The notes beneath the pieces were generated by a model. The model did no database searches. It saw nothing but the letters and a program-made list of their open reading frames with translations, and was not told the DNA's origin. Below are positions 1 through 9,996 of a stretch of 54,930 nucleotides of DNA, piece after piece. The stretch is taken from IMG/VR virus record IMGVR_UViG_3300049027_000115, positions 1-54,930 of that record, one strand, 5' to 3'. Position 1 is the first letter of the stretch, and every line of letters begins with the position of its first letter. A program made the position numbers and the translations under genes. Source of the stretch: a virus. Lineage: Duplodnaviria; Caudoviricetes.

Positions 1-444
1 GGATATAGCGAAGATTCGGCCGGGGCCATCGGTCATGAGAACCTGAAAAAACCTGAAATACAGGAATTCATCTCTGCCAGACAGAAAGAGCTCCAGGAAG
101 CGACTGGTATCACACAGAAGAGAGTGCTCGAAGAGTATGCAAAGATTGCCTTCTTCGATATCAGAACACTCTACACCGCAGATGGCGGACTCAAGGATAT
201 CAGGCAACTGGACGACAACGCTGCAGGAGCAATTTCCAGTGTTGAATCCATGGAAGAGAAAACCGGTGAGGAAGATGTAGAGGCAATCGGAACAGTCCGC
301 AAAGTGAAGATGCATGACAAGGTAAAAGCTCTGGGTGACTTGGGCCGTCACCTTGGATTATTCACTGATAAGATTGACCTCAATGTTTCTGGCTCGGTTA
401 CCTGGAATGAGACAAAGACTTACCAAACGAAGGAACATGAATGA
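1..444 (+). CDS. terS: Terminase small subunit, C-terminal part (gene wraps from window end)
   Basis: Frame is open from base 1 (GYSEDSAGAIGHENLKKPEIQ...), a typical TerS motif; C-terminal KVKMHDKVKALGDLGRHLG; directly upstream of TerL. Confidence 0.9.
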   Translation, partial: GYSEDSAGAIGHENLKKPEIQEFISARQKELQEATGITQKRVLEEYAKIAFFDIRTLYTADGGLKDIRQLDDNAAGAISSVESMEEKTGEEDVEAIGTVRKVKMHDKVKALGDLGRHLGLFTDKIDLNVSGSVTWNETKTYQTKEHE

Positions 445-1805
445 TCCTTACAGCCAAACAGACGATAGCGCTCGATCTGCTCGAAGATGAAGAAACGGAA
501 GAGTTGCTGTATGGTGGCGCCGCAGGTGGTGCAAAATCTGTTCTGGGTTGTTACTGGCAACTGAAAAAGCGGTTTAAATATCCCGGCTCACGGGGTTTCA
601 TAGGCAGGGCCTCCTTTAAGACACTGAAGGATACAACCCTCAAAACGTTCTTTGAAGTAGCAAAAATGCAAGGGATAGTAAGAGGCAAACACTTTGATCT
701 TACAGGCCCCTGGGATAAGGAGAATCCAAATTGCTTGCTGTTCGGTAACGGCAGTATGATCTATTTGCGAGACCTGGCAACTTATCCATCCGATCCTGAC
801 TTTGATGAACTGGGGTCGTTGGAGATCACTGACGCATTCATTGATGAGTGCGGGCAGATTAGCCAGAAAGCAAAGGATACATTGAAGACCCGTATCAGGT
901 ACGGGCTCAATCAGTGGGATTTGACTCCAAAGATTCTGTATTCAACCAACCCTGTAAAGAGTTGGCCCTATACGGAGTTCTACCGTCCATCACGTGACGG
1001 TACCATACCATCCTACAGGAAGTTCGTACAGGCCTTTGTCACAGATAATCCACATGCTCCGAAGTCTTATATCCAGCTCTTGCACAGGTTGCCAGAAGGG
1101 CCACAGAAAGAGCGGTTGCTGAAAGGTAATTGGGAGTATGATGATGACCCGGCAGCGTTGATTATCTATGATCGCATCCTGGATTGCTTCACAAATGATT
1201 TCGAGAAACTGAAGGGTAAGCGATGCATCACAGCGGATGTGGCCCGATACGGTAGCGACATCACTGTGATAGGCGTTTGGGATGGATTCCGGGTAACGAT
1301 CTATTGGTACAAAGGATTATCTGTACCGGAAGTAGCTGAGAAGATACGAGGTTTTCAACAGCAGCACGGAATCCCGAATAGCCGAACAGTGGTGGATGAT
1401 GATGGAGTAGGCGGTGGAGTAGTTGATATCGTTGGTTGTATTGGATTCGTAAATAACAGCAGGCCCTGGCCAAATCCGGTTAAGCCTGATCTCGATGAAA
1501 AGGGAAATCCGAAGCCAGAGAACTACGACAACTTGAAGTCTCAATGTTCATACCGAATGGCTCAAAGAGTGAATGATGGCGGTCTATACATTGAAAACGC
1601 CACACCGGAGATGAAAGAAAAGATCACGGAGGAAATGGAGCAGGTTAAGCAAAAGGATGTTGATACAGATGGGAAACGTGGAGTGCTACCGAAAAAGACC
1701 ATCAAAGAGCTTATAGGTAGATCTACCGACTACTGGGATATGATCATGATGAGAGAATTATTGGAACTAAAACCAGTCAAACAAGCAGGCGCTATTTCAT
1801 TATAA
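441..1805 (+). CDS. terL: Terminase large subunit
   Basis: Walker A YGGAAGGAKS, Walker B AFIDEC, STNP motif, nuclease domain ADVARYGSD. Confidence 0.95.
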   Translation: MILTAKQTIALDLLEDEETEELLYGGAAGGAKSVLGCYWQLKKRFKYPGSRGFIGRASFKTLKDTTLKTFFEVAKMQGIVRGKHFDLTGPWDKENPNCLLFGNGSMIYLRDLATYPSDPDFDELGSLEITDAFIDECGQISQKAKDTLKTRIRYGLNQWDLTPKILYSTNPVKSWPYTEFYRPSRDGTIPSYRKFVQAFVTDNPHAPKSYIQLLHRLPEGPQKERLLKGNWEYDDDPAALIIYDRILDCFTNDFEKLKGKRCITADVARYGSDITVIGVWDGFRVTIYWYKGLSVPEVAEKIRGFQQQHGIPNSRTVVDDDGVGGGVVDIVGCIGFVNNSRPWPNPVKPDLDEKGNPKPENYDNLKSQCSYRMAQRVNDGGLYIENATPEMKEKITEEMEQVKQKDVDTDGKRGVLPKKTIKELIGRSTDYWDMIMMRELLELKPVKQAGAISL

Positions 1806-3284
1806 ATGAACAAAGTTACACTAACAAAGAAGAAGGATGGAACGGTCATTTACAGCACCGGTGGCGGTTTTATGAGTGGTCTGAAGAACACTTTGAGGCG
1901 AGGTTTGAGTAATATGTTCGGGCGTGGTAAGATGGCTGGCGTAACGGGCATCATCGGACGAAGTGAAGTAATTCCTGATTACAGCCAACAGGCCTCAATT
2001 GATGAAGGATTTTGTGCGAGTACCTGGATATATGCCATCATCAGCAAGAATGCTAAAAAGTTCGGATCTATCCCCAGATACCTGTATGACGAGAAGAAGC
2101 TCATGCAAGAGAAGGCAACACGGATCCGATACCAGATAAAGGCTGCAAAGCCGGATATGCTCTTTGAAAGTGATCTGAATAAACTTCTCGACCGGCCAAA
2201 TGAGAATCAGGGCGGCTCACAGTTCTTCGCATTAGCTGAAGCCTTCTACCTGACAACAGGGGAGGCGTTCATTTGGCTTAACAGAGGAAATGCTGCACAG
2301 CGGTATGATCCAGTTACAGACACGTTTGTAGATCGCACAGACAAAGAGATCGATGAATTGCCGGTGCTCGAAATGTATGTGTTACCCTCACCTTCCGTCA
2401 ATGTTCTGAAAGATCCAAACAACGTGTTTGGTATCTCAGGATATGAATTAGTGGTATTGGGCCGCAAGATTCCGATCCGCAAAGGTGATATCATCCATTG
2501 GCGTGACCTCAATCTGAAGTTCGATGCATCTACTGGTGAGCACCTGCGGGGCTTCCCCAGGATGAAGGCTGGCGATAAGACTGTTCAGGAAAGCAAAGAC
2601 ATTGCTAAGAGCAGTGTAAAGATGTTCCAAAACGACGGCGCGAAGGGCATTCTGTTTTCGGAGAATCTGAGCGCAGAAGATGTGACACCTCAACAGGAAA
2701 GCGATATCCGCCGGGTAGTCAACGCCAAGATCAATGATAATGACATCAAAGGCGCTGTAGCTCTTTTGATGGGCTCGAAATGGGAATACATCGATCTGGC
2801 TTTCACTTCCGTGGACATGAATCTTATCGAGGCCAGGGTAAAGAATGCACAAGAACTCTGCGCGTTGTTCGATACTCCACACCTGCTGTTTGTTCCTTCA
2901 GATGCCACATTGGCTAACCTGGAAAACACCAAACGTAACTGGGTAAACGATGCGATCATTCCGCTGGTGAAAGAACTGGACGAGCTGTTAACCCTGAAAC
3001 TCACGAAGGCGTTTAAACTGGTTGGTAAAGCCCGGATTGTAAGCGACTTCTCAGAGTTACCAGAAATGCAATTGGATGTCAATAAAGTGGTAGATAGCAT
3101 GAGTAAAGCATGGTGGGTTACACCCAACCAAAAGCTAATTGCCATGGGTTATGAAGCGAGTACGGAGCCGAGGATGAATGAAGTATGGGTGCCTTCTGGC
3201 ATTCAGCCTCTGAGCGAAGTGATGGTAGATGATGGTTATGAAGAGCAATTGCAAGAATTGGAAAAGCGGGGGATTAAACGATGA
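1806..3284 (+). CDS. Portal protein (HK97-like)
   Basis: Follows TerL; GEAFIW, DIIHWR and TPNQ-type motifs; 492 aa. Confidence 0.9.
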   Translation: MNKVTLTKKKDGTVIYSTGGGFMSGLKNTLRRGLSNMFGRGKMAGVTGIIGRSEVIPDYSQQASIDEGFCASTWIYAIISKNAKKFGSIPRYLYDEKKLMQEKATRIRYQIKAAKPDMLFESDLNKLLDRPNENQGGSQFFALAEAFYLTTGEAFIWLNRGNAAQRYDPVTDTFVDRTDKEIDELPVLEMYVLPSPSVNVLKDPNNVFGISGYELVVLGRKIPIRKGDIIHWRDLNLKFDASTGEHLRGFPRMKAGDKTVQESKDIAKSSVKMFQNDGAKGILFSENLSAEDVTPQQESDIRRVVNAKINDNDIKGAVALLMGSKWEYIDLAFTSVDMNLIEARVKNAQELCALFDTPHLLFVPSDATLANLENTKRNWVNDAIIPLVKELDELLTLKLTKAFKLVGKARIVSDFSELPEMQLDVNKVVDSMSKAWWVTPNQKLIAMGYEASTEPRMNEVWVPSGIQPLSEVMVDDGYEEQLQELEKRGIKR

Positions 3285-3517
3285 AGTCGGAAAATCTTCA
3301 GCAGGTAATGGAACTCACCAGGAGAATTGATGAAATCAACTTCATGGAAAAGGAGTTTGAGACATTTCGATCCAATCGATTCCGTGGCGCCATGCCGAAC
3401 CAATTGGCCAGGTACATGAATGCCAACCCTGAAAGGGCTTTGCGTTATGCACAATTAATTATGGAAGAATCCATGCAGGAAAGAGAAAAGCTACAATTAC
3501 AACTGAACGCAATATGA
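3281..3517 (+). CDS. Hypothetical protein
   Basis: 78-aa ORF overlapping both neighbours by 4 nt. Confidence 0.6.
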   Translation: MKSENLQQVMELTRRIDEINFMEKEFETFRSNRFRGAMPNQLARYMNANPERALRYAQLIMEESMQEREKLQLQLNAI

Positions 3518-3699
3518 GCATAGAAGAACGAGTGAGACAGATAGCGCAAAGCAGAATCCCAGAGCCGGTGATCATGTGCTGTGCAGCCAAAGAGAAGCTA
3601 CAGAACCAGCGGAACTATGAATTCAACCGGTTGATGATGCTGCTCAATGGACTGACAGATGACCAGGTAGAAATGAAACTGAAAGAATGGGGAGGATAG
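3514..3699 (+). CDS. Hypothetical protein
   Basis: 61-aa ORF tightly packed in the head operon. Confidence 0.55.
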   Translation: MSIEERVRQIAQSRIPEPVIMCCAAKEKLQNQRNYEFNRLMMLLNGLTDDQVEMKLKEWGG

Positions 3700-3700
3700 T

Positions 3701-4543
3701 ATGAACCAACAACAACGCAGAGAATACAGCCAGATGTTCGCCGCTCAGTCCAAACGGATCGAGCGGAAGTACCTCGGTAGAATATTCAGTGCGTTGGAAT
3801 GGCAGGTAGAACAGGCGTTGCCTATCATTAAGGACAAAGGACCGGTAATGGCCAGGGGCTTGATAGACCTGCAGGTGTTCAACAGTAAGATAGATCCGGT
3901 GCTCACTGATCTGCATGTAACTGCAGGATTGTTCTTTGCAAATAAGGGTCTCCGTGAGATCAACAAGCAGGTACGGGTCATACGGCAAAAGGCTGCGATG
4001 TTTGGTTTCAGTGATGAATGGGCTGAGGATATTATCGCCTACTTCCGAATGCATCTTCTGGAGAAATCTGTTTACCCAATTTCTCAAACCACCCGGGATC
4101 AAATTCTCGGTGTATTGGAAGAAGCACAACGTGGTGGATGGGGATATGACAAGATCGCTCATGAGCTCCAGGATCCTCAGCTTCTTCTTTGGAGGGCCAG
4201 AATGATCGCAAGGACTGAAACACTCTTCGCATCCGATTACGGCCGTAAGCTCGCTGATGATAAGAGCGAGTATGAAACCGGCAAAGAGTGGATCGCAGCC
4301 AATGACCACAGGACACGCCATGGCCATCGTGATGTTGACGGAGAAGTATTGAATCAGACAGCTTCATTTGCGGTGCCGGTGTACAAAAAGAACGTGATCA
4401 TTCGTACTGAGATGATGACTGGACCCGGAGATATTACAGCCAGTGCAGAGAATGTAATCAACTGCCGCTGTACGGCGGCCCTGGTTCCGCTCAGGGATGA
4501 AAGCGGAAGACTCATACCGAAACAAGAACTCGTAACAACATAA
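3701..4543 (+). CDS. Head morphogenesis / minor capsid protein (MuF, SPP1 gp7-like)
   Basis: RARMIARTE, KEW..DHRTRHGH and INCRC motifs. Confidence 0.9.
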   Translation: MNQQQRREYSQMFAAQSKRIERKYLGRIFSALEWQVEQALPIIKDKGPVMARGLIDLQVFNSKIDPVLTDLHVTAGLFFANKGLREINKQVRVIRQKAAMFGFSDEWAEDIIAYFRMHLLEKSVYPISQTTRDQILGVLEEAQRGGWGYDKIAHELQDPQLLLWRARMIARTETLFASDYGRKLADDKSEYETGKEWIAANDHRTRHGHRDVDGEVLNQTASFAVPVYKKNVIIRTEMMTGPGDITASAENVINCRCTAALVPLRDESGRLIPKQELVTT

Positions 4544-4553
4544 ATCGTGTAAC

Positions 4554-5480
4554 ATGCTTACAAAGGCAATGAAGATTAGCAAAGACGGCATTACTATTAA
4601 AGACCTCAGTATCGAGAAGAGGGTAGCTGTAATTGCCCATGCTTCATACAATAGCCTGGACAGAGATGGTGACAGAGCGAATAAGGGCATGTTCACAAAA
4701 TCATGGAATGAGCGATTTGATGATCTACGGTTCTTTCTCAACCATAAGAAGGAATTGGCGCCAGGAAAACCAACAAGGACATGGGAGGATAACGACCATG
4801 CTTACACGGAGGTTTACTTAGGAACGCATACCCTCGGTGAAGATGTGCTGAAACAGATGGACGAAGGAATTATTGTAGCCAGCTCGTATGGTTTTGATCC
4901 GGTAAGAGCAACCAAGATGAGCAAAGGCGGTTACGATTACAAAGAAGTAGCACATCTCGAAACATCGGTGCTCACACACTGGGGTGCTCACCAGGCATCA
5001 GGCGTTGTAAAAGTTACGAAAGCCTTCGATCCGGAAAAGTTAAAGGAATTGTCAAACGACGAAAAGAATTTCCTGCGTCAGCTGATCAATAATCGCACTC
5101 AGGGCCTGATGATGGCCATCAATTACAACAATACGGTTACTGAAGGTTCCGACATGTGGAGCTATATCAATGAGCTCATCGGATCCACATCATACGATAT
5201 TGGTTGGCTCAAACGCAGACTGGAATATGGGGTAAAAGAATGTGAGGATCTGCGCGCCGGTGTAAAAGCAATGAAAAGTTTCATCCGGAACACAAAAGCT
5301 TCGGATGCAGCCATACAACAAATAACGTTCGAGTTAGAACAAACAGAACATCTGTTATCAGAACTTGATACCGCAGCCACCTCTGCGCCGGAGCAATCCA
5401 CCCAGACGCCGACTGTCAGCAAGAGTGATAATAATGAGTTCATCAAACAACTTCATTATTTAAAACTTAAACTGGCATAG
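4554..5480 (+). CDS. HK97-family prohead protease with C-terminal extension
   Basis: DRDGD, FLNH, SSYGF and LETSVL motifs; immediately upstream of the capsid gene. Confidence 0.85.
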   Translation: MLTKAMKISKDGITIKDLSIEKRVAVIAHASYNSLDRDGDRANKGMFTKSWNERFDDLRFFLNHKKELAPGKPTRTWEDNDHAYTEVYLGTHTLGEDVLKQMDEGIIVASSYGFDPVRATKMSKGGYDYKEVAHLETSVLTHWGAHQASGVVKVTKAFDPEKLKELSNDEKNFLRQLINNRTQGLMMAINYNNTVTEGSDMWSYINELIGSTSYDIGWLKRRLEYGVKECEDLRAGVKAMKSFIRNTKASDAAIQQITFELEQTEHLLSELDTAATSAPEQSTQTPTVSKSDNNEFIKQLHYLKLKLA

Positions 5481-5482
5481 CC

Positions 5483-6757
5483 ATGAAAAGAATCTTTACT
5501 GGCTTGTTCTTCTTCGATGCTGCGGCAGGCGAAGGGGGCAAGGGCGGCTCTGAAGAGCTGGTGATCCTCAAACAAGTGGATCAGAAAGTAGACCAAATCA
5601 AAAAGGACTACGAAAAAGAAGTGCGTGAGCTCAAAGAAGCCAACACGCAAGCAGAAACAAAATACAAAGACTACGAGCAAAAGGTAACTGATCTCAATAC
5701 AGAGCTTGCCGCCAAGGGTGCTACTCTGAAAGAGATTCAGGATGAAGTGATACAGCTCAAAGCGAAGAGTGGCCAAATGTCTGTTCAGACGGAGAAACAC
5801 TCCTCCATGCGCGGGCTTATTCTGAAGGAATGGGATGCCGCAGCTGAGAAGCTGAAGAACTTCCGTTCTGACATTCACAACAAGAACAATCCTTTCCCTG
5901 TACTGGAAACTAAGGCTGTTGGTACTATGACCAACGCTAACAATATCACAGGTGTTTCCATCAACGGTGTACCAACCTGGAATCAGGAGTTTGCGGTACG
6001 CGGCCGTATGAAAGTGCATGCGCGTGATATCATCCGCACGATCAATACCGGTACCGGTATCTATTTATTCCTGCGTCAAAACATCCCTGCTGGTGAAGGC
6101 TCCGTGGGTGCCACTGCGGGCCCTGGCCAAGTAAAGCCATCCAGGGATTACGACAACACGATGATCACCGTGACCGCCAAGTATCGCGCGGGAACAGTTG
6201 ATGTCGCTGCAGAAATGGAGCAGGATATTCCTGGCCTCGGTGAATACATCACAGAAGAATTGACGGAAGACTATCTGCGCGCTGAGACTTTCGACTTTAT
6301 GCAAAGTCTGGTAAGCGCAGCCTCTGCCAACAATTCTCTTCCTCCTGGTGTGACTGTGCCAGCTGAAAAGATCCCTCACTATGTGGCGAATCTGGAACAA
6401 AACGACTATGATCCTGACACGCTCATTGTGCGTCCGCGTCAGTGGGCAAATTTGCTCAATACAAAACCATCAGACTACAGTACGCCCGGCGGATTCGTTG
6501 TATTGCCAAACGGCGAAATCCTGTTTGCTGGCCTTCGCCTCGTGAAGATGTCTACCAATGCTATCAGTGATAGCCAGATCGTGGTGGGCGACTTCCGTAA
6601 GGCTCTGATCGTGCAAAAGTCTGGTGAAGGCTTCCGTGTGGAAATGTTCAAGAGCCATGACAAACACGTCTATCAGAATATCATCACCTTCCGTGGTGAG
6701 GCTCGTGCAGAACTCGCAATCCTGCGTCCTGACGCCTTCCTGGTAGGAACCATGTAA
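5483..6757 (+). CDS. Major capsid protein, HK97 fold with N-terminal coiled-coil delta domain
   Basis: Coiled-coil N-terminus; C-terminal VGDF, FRGEAR and RPDAF motifs. Confidence 0.93.
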   Translation: MKRIFTGLFFFDAAAGEGGKGGSEELVILKQVDQKVDQIKKDYEKEVRELKEANTQAETKYKDYEQKVTDLNTELAAKGATLKEIQDEVIQLKAKSGQMSVQTEKHSSMRGLILKEWDAAAEKLKNFRSDIHNKNNPFPVLETKAVGTMTNANNITGVSINGVPTWNQEFAVRGRMKVHARDIIRTINTGTGIYLFLRQNIPAGEGSVGATAGPGQVKPSRDYDNTMITVTAKYRAGTVDVAAEMEQDIPGLGEYITEELTEDYLRAETFDFMQSLVSAASANNSLPPGVTVPAEKIPHYVANLEQNDYDPDTLIVRPRQWANLLNTKPSDYSTPGGFVVLPNGEILFAGLRLVKMSTNAISDSQIVVGDFRKALIVQKSGEGFRVEMFKSHDKHVYQNIITFRGEARAELAILRPDAFLVGTM

Positions 6758-6765
6758 TCAAATAT

Positions 6766-6794
6766 GCCGGCGGCTTCGGTCGCCGGTTTTCTTT
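6766..6794 (+). terminator. Intrinsic terminator after the capsid gene
   Basis: GCCGGCGGC-TTCG-GTCGCCGGT stem with UUCG loop, then TTTCTTT. Confidence 0.8.
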
Positions 6795-6799
6795 CTCTT

Positions 6800-7390
6800 A
6801 TGTGGGAATTCTTTGATCAAAAAGTTTGTTTGACTGCTGATGCCGGTGAATGGCAGAAAGCAGTCGATGAGTTTGCCAGGGTCGGATTATCCGTTCACAA
6901 ATTCGATGCAATGCCCGATATCGGGCCACATCAATCTTTCAATCGGTCTACCCGGCAAATACTAATACAGTTCTTTGAATCGGATGGTGATAGTCTTTTG
7001 TTTCTGGAAGATGATTGCTGGTTTCAGGATCTGTCACAGCTGCAGCATGCACTCGCTGAGCTCCCCGCTGACTGGGATATCGTTTATCTCGGTGCCAATA
7101 TCCAGGATGAGAAACCTGAAAGAGTTTCAGATTATGTGTACCGCATTCGGGCTGCATGGACAACTCACTGCATCGGCTATCGTCGTAAGGTGATACCGTT
7201 TATCCTGGAGAATCAACCGGGATTCAGTGAGCAGATGTACGATAACTGGCTTTCCAGTCAGTTACCTAACCTTCATGCCTATGTGATCAATCCTATGGTA
7301 GCATGGCAGCGCCCCAGGGTAAGTAAGATATGGAACAACATGGCGGATTACTCAGAACACTTTGAACGTTCGCAAAAACTCCTTGCATGA
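6800..7390 (+). CDS. Glycosyltransferase, GT25-like
   Basis: LFLEDD, WDIVYLG and TTHCIGY motifs; start moved to ATG 6800 because the longer start lies in the terminator. Confidence 0.8.
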   Translation: MWEFFDQKVCLTADAGEWQKAVDEFARVGLSVHKFDAMPDIGPHQSFNRSTRQILIQFFESDGDSLLFLEDDCWFQDLSQLQHALAELPADWDIVYLGANIQDEKPERVSDYVYRIRAAWTTHCIGYRRKVIPFILENQPGFSEQMYDNWLSSQLPNLHAYVINPMVAWQRPRVSKIWNNMADYSEHFERSQKLLA

Positions 7391-8163
7391 ACCACTTGGT
7401 AACATTCACGGACGATAACATGACCATCTCGGCAGAGATCTGCGCAGCGAGTGCGCGGCGCCATGATGTTGATCAAACGTGGACATGGAACAAGGCAGCG
7501 TTAATGCAAACGGAATTTTACCAGGACAACAAAGAGCTCCTGGATCAGCCGCGCGGTTGTGGCTACTGGGCATGGAAGCCATTTGTTATCCTGCGAACCA
7601 TGCAAGCGGCAGCAGATGGCGATATAATCATCTATGCTGATGCAGGTGTCGAGTTCATAGACAACGTAAATCACATCGTTCCCAAAATGAATGATATCTG
7701 GCTCTTTGCCAATTTGTGGCAACACATACATTGGTGCAAGGCCGATACTATGAAAGCACTCAACTGTTGGGATTCAGGCAGCCAGGTGCAAGCAAGCGTA
7801 ATCTTCATTCGGAACTGCAAACAGATGCGCGATTTCGTAAGTGAATGGTTGGAGTGGTGCACGGTTCCTTATCTCATCGATGATAGTCCAAGTAAATGCG
7901 CCAATCATCCAGAGTTCCAGGAACACCGACACGATCAGGCTATACTTACAACGATGGCATATCGGGAAAAGATTCTGTTGCACTGGTGGCCAGCAATGTA
8001 CAACGCAGGAGCATTCGCCTATGATAAACAAGGCTTCCGGGATAACTACCCGGTCCTCTTTCATCATCACCGGCGGAGAAATGAAGACTGGTCAAAGACC
8101 GACCCTCTGAACCGACAAATCACCGATTATTTCAAACGCCGCAATTACGGCATAAAACTATAA
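7387..8163 (+). CDS. Putative GT-A fold glycosyltransferase
   Basis: RGCGYWAWKP, IIYADAG and HRHDQAIL motifs; lies within the GT cluster. Confidence 0.7.
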   Translation: MNHLVTFTDDNMTISAEICAASARRHDVDQTWTWNKAALMQTEFYQDNKELLDQPRGCGYWAWKPFVILRTMQAAADGDIIIYADAGVEFIDNVNHIVPKMNDIWLFANLWQHIHWCKADTMKALNCWDSGSQVQASVIFIRNCKQMRDFVSEWLEWCTVPYLIDDSPSKCANHPEFQEHRHDQAILTTMAYREKILLHWWPAMYNAGAFAYDKQGFRDNYPVLFHHHRRRNEDWSKTDPLNRQITDYFKRRNYGIKL

Positions 8164-8165
8164 CC

Positions 8166-8396
8166 ATGTCAAAAGCCAAAAAAGATACAGAATTGGAACA
8201 GGATGCAGCTCAGGAGGCTACTCCCTGCGCATGCGTGGAGGTGGTAAAAGCCTTTGCTGCACTTCCCCTGGAGCAACGTCTGGCGGTTCACAAAGCCATT
8301 GATCAGGCCGTTGCTATCGACAAGGAGCGCGCTGGTCTCGGCCAGGACTCGAACACTGAATTGTACGATCAGGCTATAGCCGCACTCAACCAGTAA
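8166..8396 (+). CDS. Hypothetical helical protein in the GT cassette
   Basis: 76 aa, 2-nt gaps to both neighbours. Confidence 0.6.
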   Translation: MSKAKKDTELEQDAAQEATPCACVEVVKAFAALPLEQRLAVHKAIDQAVAIDKERAGLGQDSNTELYDQAIAALNQ

Positions 8397-8398
8397 GC

Positions 8399-9016
8399 AT
8401 GCAATCATTTGTAAACAAGTACGCCAAGGATATCACTTACTCCCAGAACGGGGAAGAGGGAATATTGATTGAATGCCTGTCCCGGATGGGAATCACCAAA
8501 GGCCATGCGGTGGAGATCGGCGCCAACGACGGGAAGTGGTGTAGCAATACAGCCCTGCTGATTGAAAAAGGATGGACCGCTAAAATGGTGGAAGCTGATT
8601 TCGATCTGTGGACGAAGTGCTGCGCAAATTGGCAAGGTAATAATCGCGTGAAGGCTCAATGCACAAGGGTGGATGCTTACAACATCAATGCATTTGTTGA
8701 TGATAAATGTGATGTGCTCAGCATCGATACTGATGGCTTGGACTTTAAACTGTTTGAGGCGTTGAAAGCGAAACCAAAGATCGTGATTGTGGAAATCGAT
8801 AGCAGCATACCTCCGGATAAGACCGGTTTCAATGCTGAAGGTGGATCCAGCTACAGGTCAATGGTAGAGCTCGGTATTTCAAAGGGATATTTCCTATTGT
8901 GCCACACCGGTAACCTGGTGTTTGTTGATGCAGAATTTCAAGAGTTGTTTCCAGAGATCGAGGGTGATCCGCTCACTGATACAAAAGAGTATTTCAAAAC
9001 TGCATGGCTCCAATGA
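8399..9016 (+). CDS. FkbM-like SAM-dependent methyltransferase (likely sugar O-methylation)
   Basis: YSQNGEEG, VEIGANDG..SNT and LSIDTDG motifs. Confidence 0.8.
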   Translation: MQSFVNKYAKDITYSQNGEEGILIECLSRMGITKGHAVEIGANDGKWCSNTALLIEKGWTAKMVEADFDLWTKCCANWQGNNRVKAQCTRVDAYNINAFVDDKCDVLSIDTDGLDFKLFEALKAKPKIVIVEIDSSIPPDKTGFNAEGGSSYRSMVELGISKGYFLLCHTGNLVFVDAEFQELFPEIEGDPLTDTKEYFKTAWLQ

Positions 9017-9804
9017 GGAAGATAGTAACCTTCAATAGCTTGGGGCGGTACGGCCGCTTCGCCAATCAGATGTTTCAGATTGCTGGGACTATCGGTATCG
9101 CTCGTAAAAACGGTTTTGATTTTGCTTTCCCTGAATGGAAGAACTATGATCATGCAGAGCGCTTCGGCAGCCATGAGGATATCGACCTGCAGAAGTATTT
9201 CGTAAATCCTCTTCCTGTCTATCAGGGCCCAGTATTGCCGGAAAGGTTTGTAGATTGGGGTTACCATGATATTCATCTAACGGAGAACTGTAGCCTTTCA
9301 GGCCACATGCAATCGGAAAAGTATTTCTCACACTGCCTCGACGAGATCCGCTGGTATTTCCGGATGAAGGATGAATACCCGACAACGGATAAGGTTGCAA
9401 TTCATATTCGGTTGGGAGACTACGACAACGCTTACCATCCCAGGATGGATATGGGATACTTCGCACCAGCAATTGACCAGTTTTCAAAAGGTACCAAATT
9501 CCTTGTGTTTAGTGACGAACCGGTAAAGGCAAAAGAAATGTTTGCCAAGCATTATAAGGAAATCAAGCGGTTTGAATTTGTAGAAGCGGATTACATCGAT
9601 TCCTTCAAACTCATGAAATCCTGCAGGCACTTCATTATTGCCAATAGTAGCTATTCGGCCATGGCGGCAATATTAGGCGAGACTCCTGATAAGAAGATAA
9701 TTGCTCCGGCACCATGGTTCGGACCTAAGTACACCAACATTACAGGGAATGATATCTATGGTGAAGGTTGGTCAGTAATTGATTACGAACAAATAAAATT
9801 GTAA
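9013..9804 (+). CDS. GT11 alpha-1,2-fucosyltransferase-like protein
   Basis: GRFANQMFQ, HIRLGDY, FSDE and IIANSSYS match the GT11 signature motifs. Confidence 0.9.
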   Translation: MRKIVTFNSLGRYGRFANQMFQIAGTIGIARKNGFDFAFPEWKNYDHAERFGSHEDIDLQKYFVNPLPVYQGPVLPERFVDWGYHDIHLTENCSLSGHMQSEKYFSHCLDEIRWYFRMKDEYPTTDKVAIHIRLGDYDNAYHPRMDMGYFAPAIDQFSKGTKFLVFSDEPVKAKEMFAKHYKEIKRFEFVEADYIDSFKLMKSCRHFIIANSSYSAMAAILGETPDKKIIAPAPWFGPKYTNITGNDIYGEGWSVIDYEQIKL

Positions 9805-9807
9805 GCA

Positions 9808-9996
9808 ATGTTTGATAAAATCATCCTGCCTGGCTACTCGCAGGCACAACGAGCATCATTCGAGAATTACTTGTTTTCATCTGAAAGAGAAAAGAATCTC
9901 ATCAACAACCCGGGGTTGATGAATGCGCAGGAGCGTGCTCAGAAGGTGCATCATGCCGATGTTGAGAACTGGAAAGTAAAGGAGGAAAAGAAATGA
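9808..9996 (+). CDS. Hypothetical protein in the GT cassette
   Basis: 62 aa; ATGA overlap with the GT4 gene. Confidence 0.55.
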   Translation: MFDKIILPGYSQAQRASFENYLFSSEREKNLINNPGLMNAQERAQKVHHADVENWKVKEEKK

